A DNA stretch of 64,000 bases from Microcoleus sp. GTDB taxonomy: Bacteria > Cyanobacteriota > Cyanobacteriia > Cyanobacteriales > Microcoleaceae. Below, in pieces: positions 34,880-45,385 of this stretch. Location of the stretch: contig CP181291.1 of the NCBI GenBank assembly GCA_052279835.1, positions 4,576,001 to 4,640,000 on the forward strand. Direction: 5' to 3'. Both the position numbers and the translations under genes were made by a program. Under the pieces are notes generated by a model. That model had not been told where the DNA came from. It made no database searches and was given only the letters and a program-made list of their open reading frames with translations. The first letter of the stretch is position 1; each line of letters begins with the position of its first letter.

Positions 34880-36071
34880 ATGATTTTTCGTATCAACATG
34901 ATTAATTCCAACCGGCTGACGACCGCAATCTCAGCAATGGCGATCGCCCTCAGCTTAGCAGCCTGTGGTGGTGGCAGCACAACCACAAGCAGCAGCCCCA
35001 GCCCCAGTGACAGCGCAGCCAGTCCCGGCGCTTCCCCCGTTGCAGCCACCGGCACTGCTACTCCCAGCAAACTCGCCCTAGCCTCAGATGTCGCCCTCAC
35101 CGCAGCCGGCGCATCATTCCCCGCTCCCCTGTACCAGCGTTGGTTTCAAGACTTCAACAAAATCAACCCCAAAGTACAAATTAACTATCAATCCGTAGGT
35201 AGCGGAGCCGGAGTCGAACAATTTACCAAAGGCACCGTAGACTTTGGTGCCAGCGACACCGCCATGAAAGACGACGAAATCGCCAAAGTTCCAGCAGACA
35301 AAGGCGTGATCCTCTTGCCCATGACAGCCGGCAGCATCGTCATCGGCTACAACTTACCAGACGTACCCGAACTGAAACTGCCACGGGATGTTTACACAGA
35401 AATCTTCGCCGGTAAAATTACCAAGTGGAACGACCCCCAAAATAGCAGCAGCGAATCCTGGTGCTAAATTGCCAGACCAAGCCATTACCGTCGTGCACCG
35501 TTCCGATGGTAGCGGTACCACCGCCGTCTTCACCAAACACCTGAGTGCCATCAGCCCCGACTGGAAAAGCACAGTAGGCGACGGCAAAACAGTAGAGTGG
35601 CCCAAAACAGGTACCTTTGTCGGTGCAAAAGGCAACGAAGGTGTCACAGCCCAAGTCCTGCAAACCGTCGGCGGCATTGGCTATGTAGAATACGGCTACG
35701 CCAAAAACAACAATCTCAAATTTGCATCTTTGCAAAACAAAGCAGGTACATTTGTCGTACCTAACGACGAATCAGCTTCAGAAGCTCTAGCAACAGTTCC
35801 ACTGCCAGAAAATCTGCGAGCATTTATCGAAGACCCAGAAGGTGCTAAATCCTATCCAATTGTCACCTACACTTGGATGCTAGTCCCCAAAACAGTTGCG
35901 GATGCCAACAAAGCCAAAGCGATCGAGGCTATGGTGGAATACGGCTTGAATGAAGGTCAAAAAGTTAGTTCCGAATTGGGCTACGTTCCTCTGCCCCAAA
36001 GCGTTAAAGAAAAAGTGGCCGCGGCTGCTGACGGCATCAGCGCCGACTACAAGATTGAGGTTGCCAAATAG
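34880..36071 (+). pseudogene. pstS: phosphate-binding lipoprotein PstS, split by a +1 frameshift at ~35434-35438
   Basis: Lipobox LSLAAC and GASFPAPLY, YQSVGSGAG in the first frame; HRSDGSGTT, GNEGV, YPI in the second; removing one C restores WNDPKIAAANPG. Confidence 0.85.
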
Positions 36072-36110
36072 TAATTGAAGGAAGAAGGAAGAAGGAAGAG
36101 GGATATTTCT

Positions 36111-36173
36111 GTAGGGGCGGGTTTCACCAACAATATGAGCCTAACATCGATAATCTCATAAACCCGCCCCCAC
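36111..36173. repeat. REP-like GTAGGGGCGGGTTT palindromic element
   Basis: GTAGGGGCGGGTTT ... AAACCCGCCCCCAC between pstS and pstC. Confidence 0.7.
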
Positions 36174-36366
36174 CCAACGGTAAATCGCCATCTACCTCTT
36201 TCCAAATACAAGGAGCGATTTTCATCAGAAATATTTGTGGAAAAGTCAGGGCGATTAATCCACCCACTCCTGTTGAATGTTATTTATGTTTTTTCTTTCT
36301 GCTTCCTTCCCGCTAACTTTTTGCTAAAATTGTTTTTTTCAAAACTATTACTTGGTTGTTTTGTCT

Positions 36367-37323
36367 ATGATTTCACATAATCAGAGCGCAGAATCTGAGA
36401 GCCGTTCCCGCTCTCCAGTAGAAAAATCCTTAGACCAAGCTTTTATCTGGCTAACTAGGATTTTGGGCATAGGAATTGGGGTAATTTTGCTGGTGATAGC
36501 ACTCACAGTTGCTTTCAGAGCATTACCTGCGATTCAACAGTACGGTTTGGGATTTCTATTAAGCAGTAGCTGGAACCCAGTTAAAGAAGAGTACGGCGCG
36601 TTGCCGATGATTTATGGGACGATCGTCAGTTCGGCGATCGCGCTCCTAATTGCAGTACCATTAGGAGTAGGCACTGCGATCTTCCTGAGCGAAGATTTTC
36701 TACCGCTACCAATCCGCACAGCCTTGGTTTTTTTGGTAGAACTCCTAGCCGCCATTCCTAGCGTAGTTTACGGTTTGTGGGGAATTGCTGTATTGATTCC
36801 CATTCTTATCAACGTCGGCAAGTTTCTCAACGGCACTTTCGGATGGCTACCAATTTTTAGCACCCCCCCAGTGGGACCCGGAATGTTACCCGCCGGAGTA
36901 ATTTTGGGAATCATGACTTTGCCGATTATTACTGCTATCTCCCGTGACTCTTTAGCAAGTCTGCCTCCCGAATTGCGGCAAGCATCTTTAGGTTTAGGAG
37001 CAACTCGTTGGACAACAATTTTTAGGGTGCTGGTACCCGCTGCTTTCTCCGGTATTGTCGGCGGAATTATGCTCGGTTTAGGACGCGCGATGGGAGAAAC
37101 AATGGCTGCAACTCTGTTAATTGGCAACTCCAATCAATTAAGTCTTTCGGTGCTAGCTCCTGCCAATACTATAGCTTCTTTGATGGCAAATCAGTTTGCA
37201 GAAGCTTCCGGGTTGCAAGTAGCGGCTCTGATGTACACGGGGCTAATTTTGTTTATTATGACCCTGATTGTTAATATTTTGGCAGAGTGGATTGTTTCTC
37301 AAGTTAGAGCCAAGTACAACTAA
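36367..37323 (+). CDS. pstC: phosphate ABC permease
   Basis: ELLAAIPSVVYGLWG, LGATRW, RAMGETMA. Confidence 0.96.
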   Translation: MISHNQSAESESRSRSPVEKSLDQAFIWLTRILGIGIGVILLVIALTVAFRALPAIQQYGLGFLLSSSWNPVKEEYGALPMIYGTIVSSAIALLIAVPLGVGTAIFLSEDFLPLPIRTALVFLVELLAAIPSVVYGLWGIAVLIPILINVGKFLNGTFGWLPIFSTPPVGPGMLPAGVILGIMTLPIITAISRDSLASLPPELRQASLGLGATRWTTIFRVLVPAAFSGIVGGIMLGLGRAMGETMAATLLIGNSNQLSLSVLAPANTIASLMANQFAEASGLQVAALMYTGLILFIMTLIVNILAEWIVSQVRAKYN

Positions 37324-37357
37324 AAATTGGTGGCAAATCCCCCTACAGTTTTAATTT

Positions 37358-38254
37358 ATGTCAAACAGAACCTCTGAAGGTCTTGATTCTTTTGCCTCGA
37401 AGACAGGTAATTTAAAAAAAGTTAAAAACAGTTCCCTATCGCTGTTCAATATGGCGATGACAGTATTAGCTGGAGCCTGTTTAACAATTACTCTGTTGCC
37501 TTTGTTTGCAGTGCTTTCCTACGTTACTATACAAGGTTTCAATCGCCTGAATTTAGACTTATTCACTAAGCTACCACCGCCCCCAGGACTATCGGGAGGC
37601 GGTATTGCTAATGCAATTATCGGTACATTGATGACCGTGGGAATTGCTTCTCTGATTGCTGTACCTTTTGGTGTATTGGCAGCCGTTTATTTGTCTGAAT
37701 TTAGCAAAGGCTCAATAGCTCGCTGGGTGCGTTTTGCTACTAATGTTCTCAGCGGTGTTCCTTCGATTATTGCGGGGGTATTTGCCTACGGTTTGTTTGT
37801 GGTAAATATGGGAGGTTTTTCGGCAATTGCAGGCGGTGCTGCGCTGGCAGTGCTGATGTTGCCGACGATTGTGCGAACTACTGACGAAGCTTTACAAATC
37901 GTCCCTCAAGATATTAGATGGGCTTCGGTTGGTGTGGGTGCATCTAACTATCAAACGGTGTTGCAGGTGGTTTTGCCTGCTGCTATTCCGGCTATTTTAA
38001 CTGGTGTAACGCTGGCAATTGCCCGCGCTGCTGGAGAAACTGCTCCTTTGATTTTCACTGCGTTAAATTCGCCTTTTTGGCCAGCAGGATTTGATAAGCC
38101 AACTCCTTCCCTTTCGGTTTTGGTGTACAACTTTGCAACAGTTCCGTTTAAGGCACAGAAAGAATTAGCTTGGGCGGCTTCTTTAATTTTGGTGTTCATG
38201 GTTTTACTGACGAGTATTCTTTCTCGTTGGGCAACTCGCCAAAAAGTTTATTAG
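37358..38254 (+). CDS. pstA: phosphate ABC permease
   Basis: GVPSIIAG, ARAAGETAPL. Confidence 0.96.
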   Translation: MSNRTSEGLDSFASKTGNLKKVKNSSLSLFNMAMTVLAGACLTITLLPLFAVLSYVTIQGFNRLNLDLFTKLPPPPGLSGGGIANAIIGTLMTVGIASLIAVPFGVLAAVYLSEFSKGSIARWVRFATNVLSGVPSIIAGVFAYGLFVVNMGGFSAIAGGAALAVLMLPTIVRTTDEALQIVPQDIRWASVGVGASNYQTVLQVVLPAAIPAILTGVTLAIARAAGETAPLIFTALNSPFWPAGFDKPTPSLSVLVYNFATVPFKAQKELAWAASLILVFMVLLTSILSRWATRQKVY

Positions 38255-38322
38255 TCAGTGGTGATTGGTGATTAGTGATTGATGATTGGTCATTTGTAAA
38301 ATTTGATTGGAGTATTAATTGT

Positions 38323-39123
38323 ATGATGGAATTGTTGGAAGAGAAAACGGAAACAGTTTTGCAGGTAGACAATATCAATATTTTTTACGGCGGTTTTCAA
38401 GCTGTAAAAAATGTTTCGATGGAGATTCCTAAAAATCGGATTACTGCTTTTATCGGACCGTCTGGGTGCGGAAAAAGTACAATTTTGCGATGTTTTAATC
38501 GTCTTAATGATTTGGTTAATGGTTTTCGTTTAAACGGTCAAATTTATTATCACGGTCAAAATCTATACGATCCTGATATTGATGCTGTGGAGGTGCGCCG
38601 CCGGATTGGGATGGTGTTTCAAAAGCCGAATCCTTTCCCGAAGTCGATTTATGACAATATTGCTTACGGTGCGAGGGTGAATAATTATAAGGGCGATATG
38701 GATGAGTTGGTGGAAAAGTCGCTGCGCCAAGCTTATCTTTGGGATGAGGTAAAAGATAAACTCAAGCAAAGCGGTTTTTCGCTTTCTGGTGGCCAACAGC
38801 AGCGTTTGTGTATTGCTAGGGCGATCGCCATTAATCCTGATGTAGTATTAATGGATGAACCTTGCGCTTCTCTCGATCCGATTTCTACGATCAAAATTGA
38901 GGAGTTGATGCGGGAACTCAAAGAGCAGTATACCATTGTGATTGTGACTCACAATATGCAGCAGGCTTCTCGTGTTTCTGACTTGACTGCTTTTTTCAAT
39001 GCTAAACTTTCTGATGATGGCAAACGCTTTGGCTATTTGGTGGAGTGCGACAGGACTGAGGTGATTTTCCAAAATCCCAAGGAAGTTTCTACTATGGAAT
39101 ATGTCAGCGGTCGTTTTGGCTGA
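38323..39123 (+). CDS. pstB: phosphate ABC ATP-binding protein
   Basis: [33 protein letters not shown]; start set at ATG 38323. Confidence 0.97.
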   Translation: MMELLEEKTETVLQVDNINIFYGGFQAVKNVSMEIPKNRITAFIGPSGCGKSTILRCFNRLNDLVNGFRLNGQIYYHGQNLYDPDIDAVEVRRRIGMVFQKPNPFPKSIYDNIAYGARVNNYKGDMDELVEKSLRQAYLWDEVKDKLKQSGFSLSGGQQQRLCIARAIAINPDVVLMDEPCASLDPISTIKIEELMRELKEQYTIVIVTHNMQQASRVSDLTAFFNAKLSDDGKRFGYLVECDRTEVIFQNPKEVSTMEYVSGRFG

Positions 39124-39157
39124 TTTACTGTGACTTTGAAGGGCTGTTAAAACCAAT

Positions 39158-39261
39158 TATAGCAATCCTTGCAGGAGTCGTAAATTTTTTACCCCACCCC
39201 AACCCTCCCCTTGAATCAGGGGAGGGAGTAAGAAATTCACAAATGATTTAGGATTGCTATA
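39158..39261. mobile_element. 104-bp TA-ended MITE-like element, family B
   Basis: Perfect 12-bp terminal IR TATAGCAATCCT / AGGATTGCTATA; internal CCCTCCCC..GGGGAGGG hairpin. Confidence 0.7.
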
Positions 39262-39351
39262 GTTAGATTGGGAAATTTTCACCGCAGATATCAGCAGATA
39301 AACACAGATGCACCCAATGAGATTTGATCTGTGTTTATTATTTTACCAAAA

Positions 39352-40332
39352 ATGCAAACAAACCAACAACTTTTTCTACCAACAATGGGCTGTGGCACTT
39401 GGGCCTGGGGCAACAGATTGCTCTGGGGTTATGATGAAAGTATGGATGCCCAATTGCAAGCCGTTTTCAATCTGTGTGTGAGTAATGGTGTCACTTTATT
39501 TGATACTGGTGATTCCTATGGAACAGGGAAATTAAATGGACGTAGCGAGATGCTTTTAGGGCAGTTTTCTCAAGCCTATCAAGGTGTAAATCAAGATAGT
39601 ATTTGTATTGCGACTAAACTGGCTGCTTATCCTTGGAGATTGACGCGACAATCTATGATATCTGCTGGTAAAGCCTCAGCTTCCCGCCTCGGTAAAAATG
39701 TAGATTTGGTGCAAATGCACTGGTCTACAGCCAATTATGCTCCTTGGCAAGAAGGGGCTCTGTTAGATGGTTTGGCTGACCTTTACGAGCAAAGCTTGGT
39801 GAAGGGAGTAGGTCTGTCTAATTATGGGCCTAAACGCTTAAAATGGGTATATGAAAGATTTCGCGATCGCCAGATTCCTATTGTTACTTTGCAAGTGCAA
39901 TATTCGCTACTTTCTACCTATCCAGTTACGGAACTTGGATTAAAAGAAGTTTGTGACGAACTGGGAATAAAATTGATTGCTTATAGTCCTCTAGCCTTGG
40001 GATTGTTGACGGGAAAATACTCGGAAAATGGCCCGATTCCTAAAGGTATCCGAGGTTTGGCGTGTAAACAGATATTGCCGGGAATGCGATCGCTTTTGGA
40101 GTGTTTGCGAGAAATAGCGACATCCAGAAACAAGACTATTTCCCAGGTGGCGATTAACTGGTGTATTTGTAAAGAAACTATTCCGATTCCGGGGGCGAAA
40201 TCGGCGGCCCAGGCGGCGGAAAATATTGGTGCTTTAGGGTGGAAATTAGACTCTGGCGAGATTGCAGAATTGGATAAAGCGGCGGCAAAGGTAGATAAGA
40301 AGATGGTGCAAAATATATTTCAAACTAGCTAA
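39352..40332 (+). CDS. aldo/keto reductase (pyridoxal reductase-like)
   Basis: GCGTWAWG, FDTGDSYG, IATK, QMHW, AYSPLALG. Confidence 0.92.
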   Translation: MQTNQQLFLPTMGCGTWAWGNRLLWGYDESMDAQLQAVFNLCVSNGVTLFDTGDSYGTGKLNGRSEMLLGQFSQAYQGVNQDSICIATKLAAYPWRLTRQSMISAGKASASRLGKNVDLVQMHWSTANYAPWQEGALLDGLADLYEQSLVKGVGLSNYGPKRLKWVYERFRDRQIPIVTLQVQYSLLSTYPVTELGLKEVCDELGIKLIAYSPLALGLLTGKYSENGPIPKGIRGLACKQILPGMRSLLECLREIATSRNKTISQVAINWCICKETIPIPGAKSAAQAAENIGALGWKLDSGEIAELDKAAAKVDKKMVQNIFQTS

Positions 40333-40507
40333 TATCAAATCCGGTGGCATCGAAATTATTCAGAACTCTATTCTCTGATACCAAATCCTCTCTTCACCGT
40401 CCTGTATTAAACTCTCTCTTCTCTTCCTTCGTGTCCTACCCTACGGGAACGGCTTCGCCGAACGCGCCTTCGCGGTTAAATCATTCCGATACAACCGGAA
40501 TTGATAT
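40332..40507. mobile_element. 176-bp MITE-like element, family C, copy 1
   Basis: Terminal IR ATATCAAATCCGGT / ACCGGAATTGATAT; core shared, inverted, with 46447-46566. Confidence 0.7.
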
Positions 40508-40567
40508 GACTCTGTGTCAAGAGTGTTCGAGAAAGGTGAAATCATTCCCATGCCACCGGAAATGATA

Positions 40568-41785
40568 TTATTGATGTTCACAAAACTTTTCCACGCACCG
40601 GACAAACATTTCTACACCAATCCCCAAAGCAGTTTCATCAAAATCAAATCGCGGGTGATGATGGGGGTAGGCTAAATTTTTCTCCTGATTGGCTGAACCT
40701 AAAAAGAAATAGCAACCTGGGACTTCTTGCAAAAAGAATGACATATCTTCACCGCCCATTGTTTGACATTCCGGCACGATTCCGGCTGGAGTTTCTACCA
40801 CGGTTTCTGCTACGCTACGCACCAATTCAGCCATCTTGGTATCGTTGATGACCGGGGGGTACAACCAATAATAATCGAATTGATAATTGGCTCCGTGGCT
40901 GTGACAAATTCCGGCAATTATTTGTTCGATTCGATTGTTAAAATAACCTTGATATGCTGGATTGAAATAGCGGACGGTGCCTCCGATTTTAGCGGTATCG
41001 GCAATGACATTGTGGGTTTGGCCTGCGTGGAATTTGCCGACGGTGACTACTGCGGAGTCGATCGGATCGATATTCCGGGCTACAATTGCCTGCAAAGCGT
41101 TGACTATTTGGGCTGCAACTACGATCGCATCTACAGTCTGATGGGGCATCGCACCGTGTCCACCTTTGCCCAAAATTGTACAATCAAAAATTTCCACGGC
41201 GGCCATCAGCGGGCCACTACGCACGCCTACACTGCCCAAAGGCAGATTATTCCACAAATGCAAGCCAACGATCGCATCAACGTCAGGATGCTTTAAAACT
41301 CCAGCTTCAATCATAGGCTTTGCGCCGCCTGGACCTTCTTCGGCGGGCTGGAAGATGATTTTTACAGTGCCGCAAAAGCTGTGTTTGTGCTTGGCGAGAT
41401 AACAGGCTGTACCAAGGGCGATCGCCGTGTGTCCGTCATGGCCACAAGCGTGCATAATCCCGTTATGTTGCGATCGATAATCAACCTGATTTTCCTCTTG
41501 AATTGGCAAAGCATCCATATCAGCCCGAATTGCCAAAACAGGCCCTGGTTGGCCACTGTCTATAGTAGCGACAATCCCCGTTTTAGCAATAGCAGTTTGA
41601 TGCTCAATGCCCCATTCCTGCAACTTTTGGGAAACAAAATCCGCCGTTAAATTCTCCTCAAAACTCAACTCAGGTTTTTGGTGCAAACGGCGACGCCATT
41701 CCACTAATTGAGGCTGTAAATTTCTAATTTCCAGCCGCAACTTCGATAAATCGACAGAAGTTAAATTCGGTAAAGTATAAATCAT
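40568..41785 (-). CDS. M20D amidohydrolase
   Basis: RADMDALP, MHACGHDGH, FQPAEEG, GGEDM, HHPRFDFDE. Confidence 0.95.
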   Translation of the reverse strand: MIYTLPNLTSVDLSKLRLEIRNLQPQLVEWRRRLHQKPELSFEENLTADFVSQKLQEWGIEHQTAIAKTGIVATIDSGQPGPVLAIRADMDALPIQEENQVDYRSQHNGIMHACGHDGHTAIALGTACYLAKHKHSFCGTVKIIFQPAEEGPGGAKPMIEAGVLKHPDVDAIVGLHLWNNLPLGSVGVRSGPLMAAVEIFDCTILGKGGHGAMPHQTVDAIVVAAQIVNALQAIVARNIDPIDSAVVTVGKFHAGQTHNVIADTAKIGGTVRYFNPAYQGYFNNRIEQIIAGICHSHGANYQFDYYWLYPPVINDTKMAELVRSVAETVVETPAGIVPECQTMGGEDMSFFLQEVPGCYFFLGSANQEKNLAYPHHHPRFDFDETALGIGVEMFVRCVEKFCEHQ

Positions 41786-41883
41786 GTTATTGGTTACTAC
41801 TTACTTGTTATTTTCCTACTTATTTTAATCTTTACCTGCTCTAGATGCCAAGCTATTAAATAATTTGTAAAACTCTCTCTTTT

Positions 41884-41980
41884 CCTTCTTAGCACTCTCT
41901 GCGCTCTCTGCGCTCTCTGCGGTTAAAATAAAATCTTAGTCTTTAATGAACCACAGAGGGCACAGAGTACGCAGAGAAAG
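41884..41980. repeat. CTCTGCG..GCGGTT / AACCACAGAG inverted repeat pair
   Basis: Tandem CTCTCTGCG units facing AACCACAGAG..CACAGAG..CGCAGAG. Confidence 0.55.
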
Positions 41981-42014
41981 AGAATATTGAAAAAGAGAGG
42001 TGTTTACAAGACGG

Positions 42015-42722
42015 TTATTTAGCAATCTGAGGAATTAAGTTTACACCAGGTAATAATCGTTCTAAATCTAATTCTGACGCTGCTTTCGCTAGTTTAGTCA
42101 GGTCATTGGGGTCATCTAAATGTGGCAAAATACCCAACACACGTATTTGAGTAAGGGACTCAATTAAGTAGATCGGAGCCCAATCGGCAATTTCTTGCTC
42201 GGAAGCAGGTTGAACGCAGCTCAGGACAATACCTTTGAGTTTAAAGCCACTTTGTCTGGCAAGGGCAACATTAGCTACAGCTTGCCCGATCGCCCCCAAC
42301 CTGACCGGTACCACCAATACTCCCTTGAGCCGCCAATCCCTCGCCAGATCCGCCACCGTCAGTTCCCGCGTTACAGGGGAACCCAGCCCTCCCAAAGCTT
42401 CCACCAACACAAAGTCTTTGCGCTGCTGGAGGCTTTGTAGCGTCCTCCACACCTTTTCTAGTTCAATAGGTCTCCCCTCCCGTTCGGCGGCTATTGGAGG
42501 TGCTAGAGGCGCATCAAAGTGCAGTGGGTTGAGTTCTTGGGGGGATTGGTCGAGGTGAAATAAACGGGTGTAGTGTTCGCGATCGCCTGTTCCCGTTTGC
42601 AACAGCTTGGTAATTCCCAAAGTGCGATCGGCAAAATACGTTTGCCAATAAGCAGCCAGAGCACTCGTTAAAACCGTTTTGCCCGCGTCGGTATCAGTTC
42701 CAGTAATTAGCAGGGAGTTCAT
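42015..42722 (-). CDS. bioD: dethiobiotin synthetase
   Basis: ITGTDTDAGKT, PLAPPIAA, VEALGGL. Confidence 0.95.
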   Translation of the reverse strand: MNSLLITGTDTDAGKTVLTSALAAYWQTYFADRTLGITKLLQTGTGDREHYTRLFHLDQSPQELNPLHFDAPLAPPIAAEREGRPIELEKVWRTLQSLQQRKDFVLVEALGGLGSPVTRELTVADLARDWRLKGVLVVPVRLGAIGQAVANVALARQSGFKLKGIVLSCVQPASEQEIADWAPIYLIESLTQIRVLGILPHLDDPNDLTKLAKAASELDLERLLPGVNLIPQIAK

Positions 42723-42789
42723 TGATAGCTAATAGGTAAGGGGTAATTTTTCTTAAATTGAGTATTGATCGGCTACCAAATATTATCCA

Positions 42790-44412
42790 TTACAGAGCAG
42801 GCGATGGTTGAGGTGGATTTTCGGCGGGTGCGGGTGCGGGTTCCGGCGACGGTGCGGGTTCGGGTGCTGGCGCGGGTGCGGGTACTGGCGAGGGCGACGG
42901 CGCGGGTGTGGGTGCTGGTGCTGGCGCGGGTGCTGGTGCTGGCGACGGCGAAGGTGCGGGAGTTGGTTTTGGTGTGGGAGTTGGTTTTGGTGTGGGAGTT
43001 GGTGCGGGAGTTGGTTTTGGTGTGGGAGTTGGGGCTGGTGTCGGATCGGGCACGGGTTCCGGTGTTGGGGCTGGTGTCGGATCGGGCAGGGGTTCTGGTG
43101 TTGGGGGTGGTGTCGGATCGGGTAGGGGATCGGGCGCTGGGGCTGGTAGGGGATCGGGTGCTGGTGCGGGCACGGGATCGGGTACTGGTGCTGGCACGGG
43201 ATCGGCTACTGGTGATGGTTCCGGGGTTGGTGTGGGAGTTACTCTGGGTGTGGGAGATGGTAGGAGTGGTGTTTCTGTGTTCACCTCCGTTGGAGTCGGC
43301 TGCGGGCGCTGATTGTTGAGGAATGAACCTACTAAGGCCCAGGAACCGAAGCCGGTCAAGATGACTAAACCTGCACCGATGCCGATCGCCGCCATGGGAT
43401 TGTCCCAAATAGAGCTGGTGGGGGGCTCGATGAGTGGATGGGGCTGGTTTTGGGGGTGGGAACTTTCGCCGATCGGATCTGGCCGTCTACCCACGGCTAC
43501 TGTGGCTACTTGGGAGACATTGGACGATGCCGGTGGCTGAGTGGGGGCTACGGTTTGCGGGTTAGCATAGGGATTTATTTGTCCGTCTAGTGCTTGGGCG
43601 ACTTCGCTGACTGATTGATAGCGATCGGCTGGAGTGCGACTCAACATCCGATTTAAGACTAAAGCTAAAGCCGTGCTCACCTGCACTCGCTGCTGCCAAT
43701 TCCACAGCAGAGTGGTTTGATCGAGTAATTCCTGGGGTTCTTTCCCTGTCAGCAGCACGATCGCTGTTACTGCTAAAGCGTAGAGGTCGCTGCTAGCTGT
43801 GGCTCGCCCGCTTTGCAACTGTTCCAGGGGTGCGTAGCCGATTTTACCGACTGTGGTGGCGTGGGCTGTGCCTTCGGGAGACTGCACTTTGGTGGCGAGT
43901 TCTTTCACTACTCCAAAGTCAATCAGTACGGGCATTTTGTCGTTTTCGCGGAGAATAATGTTTTCTGGCGAGATGTCCCGGTGAATGATGCCGCGGGCGT
44001 GGATGTGAGCTAGCACTGGCAGCATTTGCCGGATAAATACCAGCACTTCGGTTTCCAAGAAGGTGCGGCCACGGTCAAGGCGATCGAGCAGTAGTTCCCG
44101 GTAAGTTTTCCCCTCCACATAATCCTGCACCAAAAATAAACGCTGATTCTCCTCAAATATTGCCCGAAACTGAGGAATTTGGGGGTGTTGAATTTGATAA
44201 AGAATGGCTGCTTCTCTTTGAAACAATTCCTTGGATTTTTCCAGCACGTAGGCACCGCTTTGGGCAGGAATAAATTCCTTCAGGGCGCAATGTTCTTTAA
44301 ATCGTCCCAAGTCTTCTACTAAATAAGTGCGGCCAAATCCTCCTTGACCTAAAATATTCAGTAACCGGTAGCGGCTTTGTAGGAGAGTTCCAATAGCAAT
44401 AGGTGGCTGCAT
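42790..44412 (-). CDS. membrane Ser/Thr protein kinase with Pro-rich C-terminal tail
   Basis: [17 protein letters not shown]; one TM helix; ~170-aa Pro-rich tail. Confidence 0.93.
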   Translation of the reverse strand: MQPPIAIGTLLQSRYRLLNILGQGGFGRTYLVEDLGRFKEHCALKEFIPAQSGAYVLEKSKELFQREAAILYQIQHPQIPQFRAIFEENQRLFLVQDYVEGKTYRELLLDRLDRGRTFLETEVLVFIRQMLPVLAHIHARGIIHRDISPENIILRENDKMPVLIDFGVVKELATKVQSPEGTAHATTVGKIGYAPLEQLQSGRATASSDLYALAVTAIVLLTGKEPQELLDQTTLLWNWQQRVQVSTALALVLNRMLSRTPADRYQSVSEVAQALDGQINPYANPQTVAPTQPPASSNVSQVATVAVGRRPDPIGESSHPQNQPHPLIEPPTSSIWDNPMAAIGIGAGLVILTGFGSWALVGSFLNNQRPQPTPTEVNTETPLLPSPTPRVTPTPTPEPSPVADPVPAPVPDPVPAPAPDPLPAPAPDPLPDPTPPPTPEPLPDPTPAPTPEPVPDPTPAPTPTPKPTPAPTPTPKPTPTPKPTPAPSPSPAPAPAPAPAPTPAPSPSPVPAPAPAPEPAPSPEPAPAPAENPPQPSPAL

Positions 44413-44574
44413 AAATTTAAGTAGACAGTGTTTAAAAATAGACGATCGCCGACAGACTTAGACTGTTATGTTTTTAAGGCTCCATAGCATACTTCATCGT
44501 CTCTAGCTGAGAGTCCCGATCGAAGTTAGCATTTTACATTTTTTTGTACAACTTTCAGTAACCGGGTTTTTTTG

Positions 44575-44623
44575 CAGATTTAAGTAGGGACAACCACAGG
44601 GGGTTTGCCCCTACTTAAATCTG
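44575..44623. repeat. REP-like hairpin / terminator downstream of the YqeY gene
   Basis: CAGATTTAAGTAGGG...CCCTACTTAAATCTG perfect 15-bp arms. Confidence 0.7.
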
Positions 44624-44645
44624 ACTGCTGACGAAGGACTGCTGA

Positions 44646-45104
44646 CTAAGGACTAAGCTTCGCTTTCACCATGTCTTGAATTTTCTTGCCGTCTGCTTTG
44701 CCTTTAAGCTGCTGCATGGCTGCTCCCATCACCTTGCCCATATCTTTGGCAGAAGTAGCGCCCGCCGTGGCAATAACAGCATCAATAACTTGACTGATAT
44801 CTTCGTCTGACATCTGAGGTGGCAAATACTCTTCCACAATTGCCAACTCCGCTTCCTCTTGTGCAACTAAATCTTCGCGGCCGCCTTTGCGGTATTGTTC
44901 GATCGAATCCCGGCGCTGTTTTGCTATTTGCATTAAAATCTCCATCTCTTGAGCTTCAGTCAGGGTGTCTTGCCCGGAGGGACGGAGGCTGACTTCTTTT
45001 TCGAGAATAAATTTCTTGATGCCACGTACTGTTTCCAAGCGAACTTTGTCCTTGGATTTCATAGCGGCTTTGATTTCTGCGTCAATGCGTTCTCTTAAGC
45101 TCAT
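44646..45104 (-). CDS. GatB/YqeY domain protein
   Basis: KAAMKSKDK, KQRRDSIEQY, YLPPQMS, KDMGKVMG. Confidence 0.95.
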   Translation of the reverse strand: MSLRERIDAEIKAAMKSKDKVRLETVRGIKKFILEKEVSLRPSGQDTLTEAQEMEILMQIAKQRRDSIEQYRKGGREDLVAQEEAELAIVEEYLPPQMSDEDISQVIDAVIATAGATSAKDMGKVMGAAMQQLKGKADGKKIQDMVKAKLSP

Positions 45105-45385
45105 GGATTTTCACCTTTTTTTGCCCGATATCAAAAATCAGGAGTCTGCTTCAAATTCTTAACTTTTTTTGCGGTTTTTTGCAAGTTTATTCCGTTTCCA
45201 TCGATCGCAGGCTCGATCGTACCGGAGTTTCAGCTACCATACATAGCTAGCCTAAATCATTTATACCAATCAAAAAAAACCCGTTTCTGGGGGTAAAGTC
45301 CTTACACGACTCAATTAGGGTTGCTATATTTCTAGTTTCCGATGGTAAGATAGCGGTAAAATAAACGTCTTGCAAGAGGCCTGCT

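Noticed and set aside
40344..40565. 73-aa ORF
   Set aside because: It mostly spans the family C repeat element
42765..43408. Four overlapping low-complexity ORFs (RV-, GC-, GA/GV- and TS-rich)
   Set aside because: They are shadow frames of the kinase Pro-repeat
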